A stretch of 64,000 nucleotides of DNA from Candidatus Woesearchaeota archaeon (GCA_043771635.1 JAYVHA010000019.1:1248-65247), one strand, 5' to 3'; numbered from the stretch's first letter, positions 1-11,519 are shown. Program-made: numbers and translations. The notes: a model not told the origin generated them from the letters alone.

Positions 1-1
1 T

Positions 2-73
2 TTCGGTCTGAAGACCGGAGTAACGAGAACACTACAAGAGTTCTCGGAACAAGAAATTCGTCCAACGAATTTC
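2..73. repeat. three tandem short inverted repeats (hairpins) upstream of atpE
   Basis: ttcggtc/gaccgga (2-19), cgagaac/gttctcg (24-46), gaaattcg/cgaatttc (53-73). Confidence 0.6.
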
Positions 74-123
74 CTGTATTCAACTCAAATTTTCAATAAT
101 CAAATCAACTTAGGCTTAGAAAA

Positions 124-720
124 ATGGGATTACACGAAGTAGAATCGGCAATTAAGCGTAATATAGAGGCAGCCGCTGAGCGAAAGTTAGAAATTGCGCG
201 CGCGCAGGCTGCACGTATAGTTGCAGCAGGTACAGCGCAAATGACGGCAGAGCGAGCACACTTTGATGAACAAACGCGAGAGCTTCTCGCGGCGCTTGAG
301 CGCCGAGAAACGGGACAAGCGTCCGCTCACGGAAAAACCGTTATTCTTGAAGCGCAACGCGCAGCAATCACAGATACATTTGCACACTCAAACGAGCTTT
401 TGAACAACCTTAATCCTAAGGCGCGCGCCGCACTACTTACTGAACTAATAGCGCGCGCACAACGCGAATTACCTGGGATTGCACGAATAAGAGTAAATCA
501 ACGTGACGTTGATACTGCGCGCACCTCGGCTCCGAGCGGCGTTACCATTATTGCAGATGCAAGCATTACCGCAGGCCTAATCGCAGAGGACAACGCGGGC
601 GACGTACGTAGCGAGCTCACATACGATACTATGCTCTCCGCTGTACGGGAGCGCGAGCTTCCTGTAGTAGCCCATATGTTATTCCCTGATCGCAATAAAC
701 GCGGAGTAAACGATGATTAG
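124..720 (+). CDS. atpE: A/V-type ATP synthase subunit E
   Basis: N-terminal coiled-coil, C-terminal 'ITAGLIAE...LTYDTML' motif, ~200 aa, position before subunit C. Confidence 0.8.
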   Translation: MGLHEVESAIKRNIEAAAERKLEIARAQAARIVAAGTAQMTAERAHFDEQTRELLAALERRETGQASAHGKTVILEAQRAAITDTFAHSNELLNNLNPKARAALLTELIARAQRELPGIARIRVNQRDVDTARTSAPSGVTIIADASITAGLIAEDNAGDVRSELTYDTMLSAVRERELPVVAHMLFPDRNKRGVNDD

Positions 721-1828
721 TGATGCAACAGCAACTATACTCACAAGCGACGATAAAATAAGAATAAAACTTTCACCCTATTCTTATGTAAGAACTACTG
801 TTATGTCGAGCAAGCTGCTCACACCTGAAGACTATCGTAAACTTCTCAAACTTTCAATTCCGGAAATAGTACAATATTTAGAAGAAACTTCGTACCACAC
901 AGAAATTGACGAGCTGGCTTCGACTGAGAACGGGACTGCACTTATTGAACACGCAACGCAACGAAACTTTTGGCGTACAGTAGACAAGCTTAGAAGAATA
1001 AGCGACGACACGCTCAGGTTCTTTATTGACGTGTATGTTTGGCGAAACGACATTCAAAATATTAAAACTCTACTCAGAGCCAAGCGCGGAAATGAACCAA
1101 TTAATAGAATACGAAATCTACTTTTACCAGGCACAATTTCAAAAGACGATCTTCTAGACCTATATTCAGAACCAACAGTTGAAAGAATAATTGAAGAGCT
1201 TACTCTACCGTTTCTTGATAATCCAATGGCAGTATATCGCGAAGAAGGATTGGAAGGATTAGAAACCGCAATGACAAACGGATATTTCTCTCTAACACAC
1301 AAAATAGCAAGGCGCATTCCTGATCCGGAAGACCGCTTTCGCCAATATTTACTGCTCGAAGTAGACCTACTGAATATTTTGACTGTGCTAAAGCTTAAGC
1401 GACGCGACGCATCCGCAGCAGAAGTAAAACCATTTCTTATTGACCCTTACAGCGATCTCCCTGCGGAGTCATACACGATTCGGCACCGTACCCGTAAACA
1501 GCTTTTTGCTAAACTTATTGAAGCGGACGGGATAAACGAAACACTTGAAATATTGGAAACTACGCGCTTCGCGGAAATAATAGCGCCCGGCGCTGCTGCA
1601 TACAGAGTTAGCGAGTCACTACTCGAAATGGAGCGCGAGATGCAAACCTATCTGTTGCGTCGCGCCGCCACTATTAGCCATCAACGCCCGCTGCAGCCGG
1701 ACGCTGTGCTTAGTTTCCTTTTTGCTAAAGTAATCGAAACAAGAAACATAATGGTGCTTGTTAAGGGAAAGTCACTCGACGTGTCACCTACATTTCTTGA
1801 ACAAGAATTAATTTTAAAATACTCCTAA
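713..1828 (+). CDS. atpC: A/V-type ATP synthase subunit C
   Basis: 'YSYVRTTVMSSKLL', 'DIQNIKTLLRAK', 'ETRNIMVLVKGK' motifs; operon position. Confidence 0.85.
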   Translation: MISDATATILTSDDKIRIKLSPYSYVRTTVMSSKLLTPEDYRKLLKLSIPEIVQYLEETSYHTEIDELASTENGTALIEHATQRNFWRTVDKLRRISDDTLRFFIDVYVWRNDIQNIKTLLRAKRGNEPINRIRNLLLPGTISKDDLLDLYSEPTVERIIEELTLPFLDNPMAVYREEGLEGLETAMTNGYFSLTHKIARRIPDPEDRFRQYLLLEVDLLNILTVLKLKRRDASAAEVKPFLIDPYSDLPAESYTIRHRTRKQLFAKLIEADGINETLEILETTRFAEIIAPGAAAYRVSESLLEMEREMQTYLLRRAATISHQRPLQPDAVLSFLFAKVIETRNIMVLVKGKSLDVSPTFLEQELILKYS

Positions 1829-1839
1829 TACCACTCACC

Positions 1840-2271
1840 ATGACTATCTCCCCCTCGCAAGAAACGGCTGCCGCAACCTCTTTGTTAACAATAGCTGTTG
1901 CGGGATCATCAGAATTCCAAATAGGATTCGAACTCGCAGGCGTTAAACGCTTTTACACAATTGAAAACATGTCACCTGAAGAAGTATTTACTACGTTGCA
2001 GCAAGCGTCTCTAGAACAAAATATAGGAATTATAATAGTGGAAGAAGAGCGACTCACAGGAATTCCAGTAGCGGACCGAATGCTGCTTGAAAACAGCGTC
2101 AAACCAGTTATTGTTACATTACGAAAAGAGCTTGGCGAGAGCGGTATTTTACGAAGACAGATTATTAGAGCAATCGGAATTGATTTACTAGCGCCAAATC
2201 CTCATAGAGGCGGCGCAAGTCACCACACAGACACGCATCAAGAAAATAAATTAAACAAGGGGCAACTGTAA
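1840..2271 (+). CDS. atpF: A/V-type ATP synthase subunit F
   Basis: 'IAVAG...GFELAGV', 'IGIIIV', 'IIRAIGIDL' motifs. Confidence 0.85.
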   Translation: MTISPSQETAAATSLLTIAVAGSSEFQIGFELAGVKRFYTIENMSPEEVFTTLQQASLEQNIGIIIVEEERLTGIPVADRMLLENSVKPVIVTLRKELGESGILRRQIIRAIGIDLLAPNPHRGGASHHTDTHQENKLNKGQL

Positions 2272-4280
2272 TGGCAACACTAGCAGCAAGTTCAAAAGAA
2301 AAATCGACCGGCACAAAAGATGCCGCAGCTACCCCTGCGTCGCGCAAAAAATTAGTTCAAACTGCAGCGACAGCCTCGGTCGCAGGCGCGAGCGCGAGCG
2401 CCAGCGCAACTGGAAAAAAAACAACTATGGCTACCTCTCAATTAAACACAACCCGTAATTCCACCGTTCGCGTCGAGTCTGTAACTGTTGAGAGCCGAAC
2501 AGCGGCAGGTAACGGCACACTTGTTCGCATTGCAGGGCCCGTAGTTGTAGCAATAGGAATAGTGCCTGCAATGTACGACCTAGTTCGCGTTGGAGACCAA
2601 GGACTTCTTGGCGAAGTAATCCAAGTTCGTGGGGACCGCGCAACCATTCAAGTTTACGAAGACACAACAGGACTGCGGCCTGGCGACCAGGTTGTTCACT
2701 ATGCAGAAAGTCTGTCAGTTGAACTTGGCCCGGGTTTACTCGGCAGCATTTATGATGGCATCCAAAGGCCACTTCCACTGCTTGAAGAACAAAGTGGCGC
2801 ATTCCTTGCACGCGGCGCAACCGCTCCTGCAATCGACCAAGAAAAAAAATGGGCGTTCACGCCAAGCGCTACAGTTGGCACTTTAGTAAAAGCGGGCCAC
2901 AGCATTGGCTTTGTGACAGAAGGTCACACTAAGCACCACATTCTAGTACCGCCAGGCAAAGATGGTGTGATTAAGCAAATTAGCGCAGGACAATATAATG
3001 TTCATGAGCCGGTTGCTACACTTGATAACGGAATAACGCTGCAAATGGCTAACCGCTGGCCGGTGCGAGTGCCGCGCCCAACTGGACGCAAGCTTCCTCC
3101 AAAAACTCCGCTCACAACTGGACAGCGCGTAATCGACGCGCTTTTTCCATTGTCAAAGGGTGGCGCTGCTGCAATCCCAGGACCATTCGGCGCGGGAAAA
3201 ACTGTAAACCAGCAGCAGCTTGCTAAGTGGTCGGACGCAGACATTATTGTGTACATTGGTTGTGGTGAGCGCGGTAACGAGATGACTGAAATTTTAACCG
3301 AATTCCCACATCTCACCGACCCGAAGACAGGCACACCACTAATGGACCGCACTGTACTTATTGCAAACACTTCGAACATGCCTGTGGCTGCGCGAGAAGC
3401 ATCAATCTATACAGGAGTCACGATTGCAGAATACTATCGCGATATGGGTTATGATGTCGCGCTTATGGCGGACTCGACAAGCCGCTGGGCCGAAGCGATG
3501 CGTGAAATTGGCTCTAGACTTGAAGAAATGCCGGGAGAAGAAGGATTCCCAGCTTACCTTGCTACTAGGCTATCGCAGTTTTATGAGCGTGCAGCGCGTG
3601 TTGAAACTGTGTCAGGCCTTAAGGGATCAGTCACAGTTATTGGCGCAGTAAGTCCACCAGGAGGCGACTTCTCAGAACCAGTTACACAGAATACTCTGCG
3701 TGTGACTAAAGCATTTTGGGCACTCGACGCTAAGCTAAGTCAGCGTAGACACTACCCTGCAATCAATTGGCTTACTAGTTACAGTTTGTACCACGACACG
3801 CTTGCGGTTTGGTATGTGCAAAATGTAGCAGAAGACTGGCAGGAGTGCGTAAGAGGACTTACAACAATACTTCAAGAGGAGGAGAAGCTACTGGAAATTG
3901 TGCAGCTTGTCGGCAACGATGCACTACCAGAGCGGCAACAAACAACACTTATGGTCGCGCGAATAATGCGAGAAGGCTTTCTGCAGCAGAACGCGTTCCA
4001 CGAAGTAGACAGCACATGTAGTTTACAAAAATGCTACCGACTAATGAAAGCAATGCTCTACTTCAATAAACTCTCAGTGCGCGCAGTGGACCAAGGCGCA
4101 CGTACAAGCGCCATAGGTAAACTAGCCTGCCGCGAGCAGCTGATTCTAGCAAAGTACGAAAAAGAGGATGAAACGTTTATCGCAAACCTAACTAAACAAA
4201 TGGACGCAGAATTCCTCAGCCTCACAAAGACAAACGCGCCGCTAGGAAGCAGCGCAACCCCAACCAGGAGCACCTCATGA
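2271..4280 (+). CDS. atpA: A/V-type ATP synthase catalytic subunit A, with low-complexity N-terminal extension
   Basis: Walker [40 protein letters not shown]; alternative ATG near 2427. Confidence 0.97.
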   Translation: MATLAASSKEKSTGTKDAAATPASRKKLVQTAATASVAGASASASATGKKTTMATSQLNTTRNSTVRVESVTVESRTAAGNGTLVRIAGPVVVAIGIVPAMYDLVRVGDQGLLGEVIQVRGDRATIQVYEDTTGLRPGDQVVHYAESLSVELGPGLLGSIYDGIQRPLPLLEEQSGAFLARGATAPAIDQEKKWAFTPSATVGTLVKAGHSIGFVTEGHTKHHILVPPGKDGVIKQISAGQYNVHEPVATLDNGITLQMANRWPVRVPRPTGRKLPPKTPLTTGQRVIDALFPLSKGGAAAIPGPFGAGKTVNQQQLAKWSDADIIVYIGCGERGNEMTEILTEFPHLTDPKTGTPLMDRTVLIANTSNMPVAAREASIYTGVTIAEYYRDMGYDVALMADSTSRWAEAMREIGSRLEEMPGEEGFPAYLATRLSQFYERAARVETVSGLKGSVTVIGAVSPPGGDFSEPVTQNTLRVTKAFWALDAKLSQRRHYPAINWLTSYSLYHDTLAVWYVQNVAEDWQECVRGLTTILQEEEKLLEIVQLVGNDALPERQQTTLMVARIMREGFLQQNAFHEVDSTCSLQKCYRLMKAMLYFNKLSVRAVDQGARTSAIGKLACREQLILAKYEKEDETFIANLTKQMDAEFLSLTKTNAPLGSSATPTRSTS

Positions 4281-5827
4281 GAGAATACGCAACAGTCAGT
4301 AGAATTGAAGGACCACTCATCTTTGTTGAGCGCACACACCCAGTTGCGTACGGCGAACTTGCACAAATTCGAACACGAGACGGCTTGCGCTTAGGCCAAG
4401 TTCTAGACACAACCGACACACACGTTGTACTGCAGATTTTCGAAGGTACAAGCGGCATTGATCGAACTGCGGGAGTGCGTTTCCTTGGCAAGACAGTACA
4501 GCTCGGCGTAACTGAAGACATGCTTGGACGAGTATTAAATGGAATTGGTAAAGCAATCGACGGCGGACCAGAACCAATTCCAGAAAAGTTTGTTGACGTA
4601 CATGGCAGCGCAATCAATCCGTATAGCCGCAAACAGCCGTTCGAGCCAATTCAAACAGGCATTTCCACAATAGACGCGACTAACAGCCTACTGCGCGGAC
4701 AGAAACTGCCGATCTTTTCGGGTGCAGGCCTTCCACACAATGAATTAGCACTTCAGATTGCGCGTCAGGCAGCTGTTCCTGGTGCAACTGGAAAGTTCGC
4801 TGTAGTATTCGCCGCAATGGGCATCACAAACGAAGAAGCTCAAAAATTTCTTCAGGACTTCGAAGAAACCGGCGCTTTGAGTCGTACTGTGGTATTCCTA
4901 AACTTAGCGAACGACGCAGCGATTGAGCGTCTACTTACTCCGAGAATGGCGCTCACAGCAGCAGAGTATCTGGCGTATGAAAAGGACATGCACGTGCTAG
5001 TTATTCTGACAGACATGACTAACTATTGTGAAAGCCTGCGTGAAATTGCGGCAGCTCGTCAAGAAATTCCGGGACGCCGCGGTTACCCTGGTTACATGTA
5101 CACTGATCTGTCCACCATTTATGAGCGCGCAGGAATTCTAAAAAGTGGACCTGGAAGCGTCACTCAGATTCCAATCTTAACAATGCCGGCGGACGACATA
5201 ACGCACCCCGTACCAGACTTAACAGGCTACATTACCGAAGGACAAATTACACTCTCACGTGAACTACATCGAAAGAGTATTTACCCACCAGTCGACATTC
5301 TACCAAGTTTAAGTCGGCTTATGACCCTTCTCGGTTCTGGCGAAGGCAAAACTCGCGCAGACCACCGCAGCGTCAGCGACCAAGTGTACGCTCTATACGC
5401 GGAAGGCAAAGATTTGAGAGGCCTCGTCGCAATCGTAGGAGAAGAAGCATTAGCGGAGCGCGAGCGTAGCATTCTTCGATTTGCAGCTGCGTTTGAAGAC
5501 CGCTTCGTTCGACAGAGTAAAAGCGAGAACCGCTCATTTGCACAAACCCTGGACCGTGGCTGGCAACTTTTCGGAGGGATAGCAGAGAGTGAACTCACGC
5601 GCCTACCAGGAAAGCTACGTGAGCAATACCGCCATCTAATGCAACCGACATCAGCAGCGGCAGCTACAGCAAATAGTTCTGTGGCTGCGTCAGCTCCTGC
5701 AACGACCTCGAATAGTAGCGCGGCAACGCCTGCCACAACGCCCAAGGGTGCCGCGCACGAACATGCAAAGAAAGAGCATGAAGTGAAGACGCATGAAAAA
5801 ACTGAGGGACAAACTAAGCGTGGCTGA
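4277..5827 (+). CDS. atpB: A/V-type ATP synthase subunit B, with Ala/Thr/Ser then His/Glu/Lys-rich C-terminal tail
   Basis: [43 protein letters not shown]. Confidence 0.97.
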   Translation: MREYATVSRIEGPLIFVERTHPVAYGELAQIRTRDGLRLGQVLDTTDTHVVLQIFEGTSGIDRTAGVRFLGKTVQLGVTEDMLGRVLNGIGKAIDGGPEPIPEKFVDVHGSAINPYSRKQPFEPIQTGISTIDATNSLLRGQKLPIFSGAGLPHNELALQIARQAAVPGATGKFAVVFAAMGITNEEAQKFLQDFEETGALSRTVVFLNLANDAAIERLLTPRMALTAAEYLAYEKDMHVLVILTDMTNYCESLREIAAARQEIPGRRGYPGYMYTDLSTIYERAGILKSGPGSVTQIPILTMPADDITHPVPDLTGYITEGQITLSRELHRKSIYPPVDILPSLSRLMTLLGSGEGKTRADHRSVSDQVYALYAEGKDLRGLVAIVGEEALAERERSILRFAAAFEDRFVRQSKSENRSFAQTLDRGWQLFGGIAESELTRLPGKLREQYRHLMQPTSAAAATANSSVAASAPATTSNSSAATPATTPKGAAHEHAKKEHEVKTHEKTEGQTKRG

Positions 5828-6494
5828 AAATGTTATAGCAACTCGGGCAGAGCTCATCCGAACTAAAGATCGAATTAAGCTTGCGAAGAATGGATACGGT
5901 CTTCTAAAAAAGAAGCGAGACGGCCTTATTATGGAATTTTTTGCGCTACTGGAAAAAGCCAAAACCGTGCGACAAGAGCTAGATGAACTGTACATTGAAA
6001 GCCTTGGACGAATGAATATAGCCCGAATGCTCGACGGCGACATAAGGGTACGTAGCGTTGCACTATCCGTGCACCAGCAGCCTGAAGTAACCGTTACTAG
6101 TAAGAATATTATAGGCGTTGCAGTACCAAAAATTGCCGGTACAACTCCAAGGCAATCATTTAGTTTGTATGACTCAATTGCGATCACCGAAGCCGCAGAG
6201 GGATATGAGCGCGTTATTCTCAAAGTCATTGCTGCGGCTGAACTAGAAACCGCAATTCGAAAACTACTCGCCGAAATTGAAAAAACAAAGCGGCGCGTAA
6301 ACGCACTAGAGTTTGAAATAATACCAAGGCTTCAACGAGACAAAGCCGCAATTCTACTGAGACTTGATGAAATTGAGCGCGAGACCTTCTTCCGGCTCAA
6401 ACGCAGCAAGCAACGACTTATGGCAGAAGACCATAATAGCATTAAGCCTCGAGAAGCACCTGCTCATGCAACACCAGGCATGTCGGCCGATTAA
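5820..6494 (+). CDS. atpD: A/V-type ATP synthase subunit D
   Basis: 'TRAEL...[12 protein letters not shown]', '[13 protein letters not shown]'; GTG 5820 overlapping the atpB stop preferred over ATG 5793. Confidence 0.93.
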   Translation: MAENVIATRAELIRTKDRIKLAKNGYGLLKKKRDGLIMEFFALLEKAKTVRQELDELYIESLGRMNIARMLDGDIRVRSVALSVHQQPEVTVTSKNIIGVAVPKIAGTTPRQSFSLYDSIAITEAAEGYERVILKVIAAAELETAIRKLLAEIEKTKRRVNALEFEIIPRLQRDKAAILLRLDEIERETFFRLKRSKQRLMAEDHNSIKPREAPAHATPGMSAD

Positions 6495-6548
6495 TTATTT
6501 AGTAAATTTTCTGTTTACAAATGCAAAATCAATACTTATTAGCTCGTA

Positions 6549-6649
6549 CCGACGGTGCTATTTACTTCTCCGACGGTAAATTCCGAAATGATTATAAACC
6601 CCTCGTCGCAGGAATAGGCTATAACTGTGTAGCGACCAAAGGTTGCTAC
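6549..6649 (+). promoter_or_regulatory. probable promoter region of chromatin protein gene: direct repeat, TATA-like box and 5' hairpin
   Basis: ccgacggt at 6549 and 6570, ttataaa at ~6592, stem gtagcgacc-aaa-ggttgctac at 6629-6649. Confidence 0.4.
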
Positions 6650-6665
6650 CGAAGGACATACGGCA

Positions 6666-6983
6666 ATGGCAGAAGTACTAGTAAAGACTGGAATTAAGCG
6701 CGAGTCAGGTTGGCTCTATTTTGTTGACAAGGCAGGCAATGCAGCACGCGTAAAGATGGCACGCAAAGGCGAGAAGACTAACAAGAAACAAGAAGTTCTC
6801 GCTAAAGCAGGCATCAAGCGTGAAAAAGGCTTCCTATACTTTATCGACAAGGCAGGAAACGTAGCACGCGCAAAGATGGCACGTGGCGGCGCAGCTAAGA
6901 AGAAGGCTCCTGCAAAAGCAGCAGCAAAGGCAGTAGTAGCTAAGAAGAAGGCTCCTGCAAAAGCAGCAGCAAAGAAGAAGTAA
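6666..6983 (+). CDS. small basic chromatin protein, tandem Cc1-like repeats with Ala/Lys-rich tail
   Basis: two copies of 'GIKRExGxLYFxDKAGNxARxKMAR', then KKAPAKAAAK x2; followed by a T-rich terminator-like tract. Confidence 0.7.
   Translation: MAEVLVKTGIKRESGWLYFVDKAGNAARVKMARKGEKTNKKQEVLAKAGIKREKGFLYFIDKAGNVARAKMARGGAAKKKAPAKAAAKAVVAKKKAPAKAAAKKK
6893..6974 (+). repeat. exact 37-bp direct repeat encoding the AKKKAPAKAAAK tail
   Basis: agctaagaagaaggctcctgcaaaagcagcagcaaag at 6893-6929 and 6938-6974. Confidence 0.9.
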
Positions 6984-7083
6984 GTTTTAATCAATTCTTT
7001 ATTTTTTTTAATTTTCTAAATCACCTTATAATTTCCGACTTTGATTTGTGAATACATATTAACGCTAATTGATTTTACGTTTT

Positions 7084-8022
7084 ATGCGTCCACGTACTAC
7101 AATAGTAATAGGTATTTGCGCTGTCGTGTTGCTTTGCGCAGCGGCAGAACTGGGAGTAATTATGCATGCTCCGCAGATAGTGCATGAGCAGGGCACGATT
7201 GAGGTAATAATGTGCCCGGAGTGCGAGAATAAATTTTTAACGCTACTCAGAGGCGGAGGCGACATTGAGTGCGCTCTCTATGATTATGGCTCCACGACCG
7301 AACAAGCACTTCGTGCCGCCCGTGCACGCGTAGTAACTGATGATAAAGATGGCGGCTCATACGGCAAACCGATAGAACAGGAGGGTCTCATGCACAATAA
7401 GTTCTGCATAGTTAACAGCTCACTCGTCGTAACCGGCAGCTATAATCCTACGGAGAATGGGGAACTTAATCGAAATAATATGTTAATAATTCTAAGTCCC
7501 ACCCTTGCAAAAAATTATGCGGCGCAGTTTGCTTCAACTGAGAGCGGGCTTATGCGAGCAAGAATTACCCCTATCGTAAATCTGAGCGGCGTTAGAGTTC
7601 AAAATGCGTTTTGCCCGAATGATGATTGTGAAGCGCAGGTAAACCAAGTTCTACTCGGTGCTAAGCGCGAAATAGTCTATATGCAGTTTGCGTTTACTAG
7701 CGAGCGCTTAACTAGAACTCTCGAGAACGCAAAAGCGCGCGGGATTAAAGTTGAAGGTATATGCGACGGAGGCCAGTGGAATACACAAGGCGGGAAATGT
7801 TCACGCTTGCAAGCCCGAAGTTGGGACTTGCCAAACATGATGCACCATAAAGTATTCATTGTAGACGGCAAAACAGTCATTACAGGGTCCTATAATCCGA
7901 CAAACTCAGGGACCTTTCGTAACAGCGAAAACATACTCGTCATTACTGATTCAGCGATAGCGGCCGAGTATAGATTAGAGTATGAAAAGGCACTAATCGA
8001 GAGTACAATTAGACGAAAATAA
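7084..8022 (+). CDS. membrane-anchored phospholipase D-superfamily protein (two HKD-type domains)
   Basis: HNKFCIVN...TGSYN and HHKVFIVD...TGSYN; N-terminal hydrophobic helix; ATG 7084 preferred. Confidence 0.85.
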   Translation: MRPRTTIVIGICAVVLLCAAAELGVIMHAPQIVHEQGTIEVIMCPECENKFLTLLRGGGDIECALYDYGSTTEQALRAARARVVTDDKDGGSYGKPIEQEGLMHNKFCIVNSSLVVTGSYNPTENGELNRNNMLIILSPTLAKNYAAQFASTESGLMRARITPIVNLSGVRVQNAFCPNDDCEAQVNQVLLGAKREIVYMQFAFTSERLTRTLENAKARGIKVEGICDGGQWNTQGGKCSRLQARSWDLPNMMHHKVFIVDGKTVITGSYNPTNSGTFRNSENILVITDSAIAAEYRLEYEKALIESTIRRK

Positions 8023-8181
8023 CGACGGCGAAATATACTGATTTAGTAAAGTATGCTATACTGGTTAGCGTTATTGTTTACCACTGCAACGTCGATAAAG
8101 TTTATAAAACGCCAAAGGATTGCCGAAGTAAGCAAATTACTGCTACACCCAGACGTTTTCAAAACGCTGTGGAGGTCCCGG

Positions 8182-8655
8182 ATGAGTATCATAGCATTCA
8201 ATTTCACAAAGATATCAGCACACCGTAAAACGCCAGGTAACCTGAAGCACCAAGTGCAGAGTAAAACTGCAGTAACAGAGGTTAAGGAAGTTTCACTCGG
8301 AAAACAAAAGGCACTCTCATTTGTCTTTGCACAGGAAGTTGCATACGAACCAGGCATGGGCACAATTTTACTCGAAGGCGACGTACTAGTCCTATCCACC
8401 GACGAAGAAGCTAAAGCAACTATCGAATCATTCCAAAAGAATAAGCGCTTCGCGGCACCACTAATGGAAAAAGTATACAACCAAATCCTTCAGCGCACAG
8501 GTATTGAAGCACTCATCCTCGCACGCGACATCGGATTGCCACCGCCAGTACAGCTTCCACGTATCACGTCAACACCTAAGGCAGCTGTACAGGAAGCTGC
8601 AGCAGCGCCAGCCGCAAAGGCTGCAATGCCCGACAACAAGGGAAAGAAGAAGTAA
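8182..8655 (+). CDS. conserved archaeal hypothetical protein (possibly SecB-like fold)
   Basis: GGAGG SD at 8171 before ATG 8182; beta-strands then helix and 'GLPPPVQLP' ending; abuts cdc48. Confidence 0.6.
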   Translation: MSIIAFNFTKISAHRKTPGNLKHQVQSKTAVTEVKEVSLGKQKALSFVFAQEVAYEPGMGTILLEGDVLVLSTDEEAKATIESFQKNKRFAAPLMEKVYNQILQRTGIEALILARDIGLPPPVQLPRITSTPKAAVQEAAAAPAAKAAMPDNKGKKK

Positions 8656-11469
8656 TTGGAACCGACCCCTGGAAGACCTATGCCGCCGCTCCGTAAAGAA
8701 ATCAAGCTAAAGGTTGCAGAGGCAATTCAAGACGATGTAAACAAAGGCATCGTAAGAATTGACTCAACCTATATGCATCAGATTGATTGTCGACCAGGCG
8801 ACATCGTGGAGATAGAAGGAGAGCGCCTTACAGTAGGCATTACTGACCGCGCATACCCAGGCGACATAGGACTCAATATTATTCGAATCGACGGACTTAT
8901 TCGTCGAAACGCAAAGACTAGCATTTCTGACTTTGTCACCGTTCGCAAAGCAGACATAAAGGAATCGAAGAAAGTAGTTATCGCTCCAGCACGCAAAGGC
9001 ATAATGATTCGAGCAAACCCAATTATTTTCAAACAAGGACTGCTTGGACGCCCAGTTGTAAAAGGCGACATAGTTTCGCTCGGTGGACAACGTCGCAGGC
9101 GCACGCCAGGCATGGGCGCAAACCCGTTTGTTAGCGAAGTATTCAACATGCTTGACGAGAACATGATTGGCTTTGGCCTTGGCGACCTAAAATTCATAGT
9201 CTCTGACGCGCTACCAAAAGGTTCAGTAATAATAACTGAGAACACCATTGTAGAATTTAATCCGGAAGCAGCAGAACTTAAGGAAGAAAAATTACCAGAA
9301 GTAGCCTACGAAGACATTGGTGGACTCGAAGAAGAAGTACGTAAAGTACGCGAAATGGTTGAGCTTCCACTCAAGCACCCAGAAATCTTCGAGCGACTCG
9401 GAATTGAGCCGCCAAAAGGCGTACTGCTACACGGACCACCAGGCACTGGTAAAACTCTACTTGCAAAAGCTGTGGCATCAGAAACAAACTCCAACTTTAT
9501 CCTAATTAACGGTCCGGAAATCATGAGTAAGTACTACGGGCAATCCGAAGAGAACTTACGAAAGAAATTCGAAGAAGCAGAGAAAAACGCGCCTTCCATC
9601 ATATTCATTGACGAAATTGACGCAATCGCGTCGAAGCGCGAAGAATCCAAAGGCGAAGTCGAGCGTCGCGTTGTTGCGCAACTACTTGCTATTATGGATG
9701 GGCTGAAGACACGTGGCAAAGTCGTTGTTATTGCAGCCACTAACATTCCTAACAGTCTTGATCCGGCGCTTCGTCGTCCCGGACGCTTCGACCGTGAAAT
9801 AGAAATTGGTGTACCGTCGAGAGCTGGTCGTCTGAACATTCTTAAGATTCATACAAGAGGCATGCCTCTATTTAGTCGCGCGCAGCCTGAAATGATTGAA
9901 CGAGTTATTCGTAATATAATTATTGATACAGAACAAAAACCAAAGGAAAGCGAATTTGCAGGAGTACTTCCAATAATTAAGAATCTTGCTTTCATTGAAC
10001 AACTAAAGAAAACACCTGAAAATATTGAAATAGGCAAAGATATCAATGTCAGCGATTATGAAAATAAGCTAAATATTGAAATTCAAACTGTTTGCAATGC
10101 TTGGAAAATCTCGAGTGAAAAAACAAGTACAATACAACAGCTAATCCGCGCAGGCACAGTAAACCACATGCTTGCACAGTTTGCCGACATCACGCACGGC
10201 TTCGTTGGCGCAGACTTAAGCTCGTTAGCAAAAGAAGCAGCGATGAACGTTATCCGACTAAAGCTGCCAGAACTAAAAGTCGCACGCGACGATGAACCAA
10301 TTCCACAGGAGTTACTTGAGAAGTTAGTAATTAGTACTGAGGACTTTAAGGAGGCACTTAAAGTCGTAAGACCTTCTGCGCTACGCGAAGTCATGATAGA
10401 AGTGCCAAACGTAACATGGCAAGACGTTGGCGGACTTGAGAAAGTAAAACAAGAGATTCGCGAAACCGTAGAGTGGCCAATCACGAACAAAGCGTCGTTT
10501 GCGCGCCTAGGTATTAAGCCTCCTAAGGGCGTGTTGCTTTATGGACCTCCAGGCACGGGTAAGACGCTACTTGCAAAAGCAGTTGCAACCGAAGCGCAAT
10601 CAAACTTTATCGTAGTCAAAGGTCCTGAACTCTTATCTAAGTGGGTTGGAGAATCAGAAAAAGCAGTGCGCAAGATATTCGAGAAAGCGCGGCAAACAGC
10701 TCCAACAATCGTGTTCTTTGACGAAATTGACTCGATGGCGCCAAAGCGCGGATTGTCGTCTGATTCCGGCGTAACAGAGCGCGTTGTAAATCAGTTATTG
10801 ACTGAGATAGACGGTTTACAAGAGCTAAATGATATTGTAATTATTGGTGCAACAAATAGACCTGACATTATGGACTCAGCACTACTTAGACCTGGTCGCT
10901 TTGATCGTATTATTCACGTTGGCGCGCCGGACATTGTATCACGGACTAGCATATTCAGCATCCACACCAGTAAAATGCCAATTAAATGGAATAGTATTCC
11001 AGGAAATGAAACGCAGTCAGAGGACGAAGAAATTGAAAAAGAGCTTAAAGGCTTACGAAAGGTTTCTAACAACCACACTGATCACGACATAAAAAAAATG
11101 GCAAGTGATGAAGCAATTCAAAGCGCTACCGCTAAATCACCAAGTGAACCGTTAGAAAATACAAATGGAATTCTAACTAATGAAGGGAAAATTACTGCGC
11201 GAGGTAGATTTCTATACCAGCTGGCTAAAAAAACTGAAGGCTACGTTGGCGCAGACATTGAATCAGTTTGCCGTGAAGCTGCAATACTAGCTCTCCGCGA
11301 GAATTCTGATGTGGAAGTTATTGAGTATAAATATTTCGTTATGGCGCTTGACAAAGTGCGCGCGTCCGTAACGAAGGAAATTGAAGAACTTTACGCAGAC
11401 ATGGAAAAGACATTCCGCTCCGCTCGCGCAAACGAAATGCGCGACAACAAACCAAGCTATTATGGCTAG
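8656..11469 (+). CDS. cdc48: Cdc48/VCP (p97) AAA+ ATPase with two insertions
   Basis: N-domain, two GPPGTGKT Walker A, IFIDEID/FFDEID Walker B, RPGRFDR x2, C-terminal YYG; start TTG 8656 or ATG 8680. Confidence 0.96.
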   Translation: MEPTPGRPMPPLRKEIKLKVAEAIQDDVNKGIVRIDSTYMHQIDCRPGDIVEIEGERLTVGITDRAYPGDIGLNIIRIDGLIRRNAKTSISDFVTVRKADIKESKKVVIAPARKGIMIRANPIIFKQGLLGRPVVKGDIVSLGGQRRRRTPGMGANPFVSEVFNMLDENMIGFGLGDLKFIVSDALPKGSVIITENTIVEFNPEAAELKEEKLPEVAYEDIGGLEEEVRKVREMVELPLKHPEIFERLGIEPPKGVLLHGPPGTGKTLLAKAVASETNSNFILINGPEIMSKYYGQSEENLRKKFEEAEKNAPSIIFIDEIDAIASKREESKGEVERRVVAQLLAIMDGLKTRGKVVVIAATNIPNSLDPALRRPGRFDREIEIGVPSRAGRLNILKIHTRGMPLFSRAQPEMIERVIRNIIIDTEQKPKESEFAGVLPIIKNLAFIEQLKKTPENIEIGKDINVSDYENKLNIEIQTVCNAWKISSEKTSTIQQLIRAGTVNHMLAQFADITHGFVGADLSSLAKEAAMNVIRLKLPELKVARDDEPIPQELLEKLVISTEDFKEALKVVRPSALREVMIEVPNVTWQDVGGLEKVKQEIRETVEWPITNKASFARLGIKPPKGVLLYGPPGTGKTLLAKAVATEAQSNFIVVKGPELLSKWVGESEKAVRKIFEKARQTAPTIVFFDEIDSMAPKRGLSSDSGVTERVVNQLLTEIDGLQELNDIVIIGATNRPDIMDSALLRPGRFDRIIHVGAPDIVSRTSIFSIHTSKMPIKWNSIPGNETQSEDEEIEKELKGLRKVSNNHTDHDIKKMASDEAIQSATAKSPSEPLENTNGILTNEGKITARGRFLYQLAKKTEGYVGADIESVCREAAILALRENSDVEVIEYKYFVMALDKVRASVTKEIEELYADMEKTFRSARANEMRDNKPSYYG

Positions 11470-11519
11470 ACCTACGTTAAATTAATTTTTTAGAAATAAA
11501 ATAAAAAAATAAATTCTGC

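Noticed and set aside
9871..10170. Intein in Cdc48
   Set aside because: No Cys/Ser start with His-Asn end and no LAGLIDADG motifs
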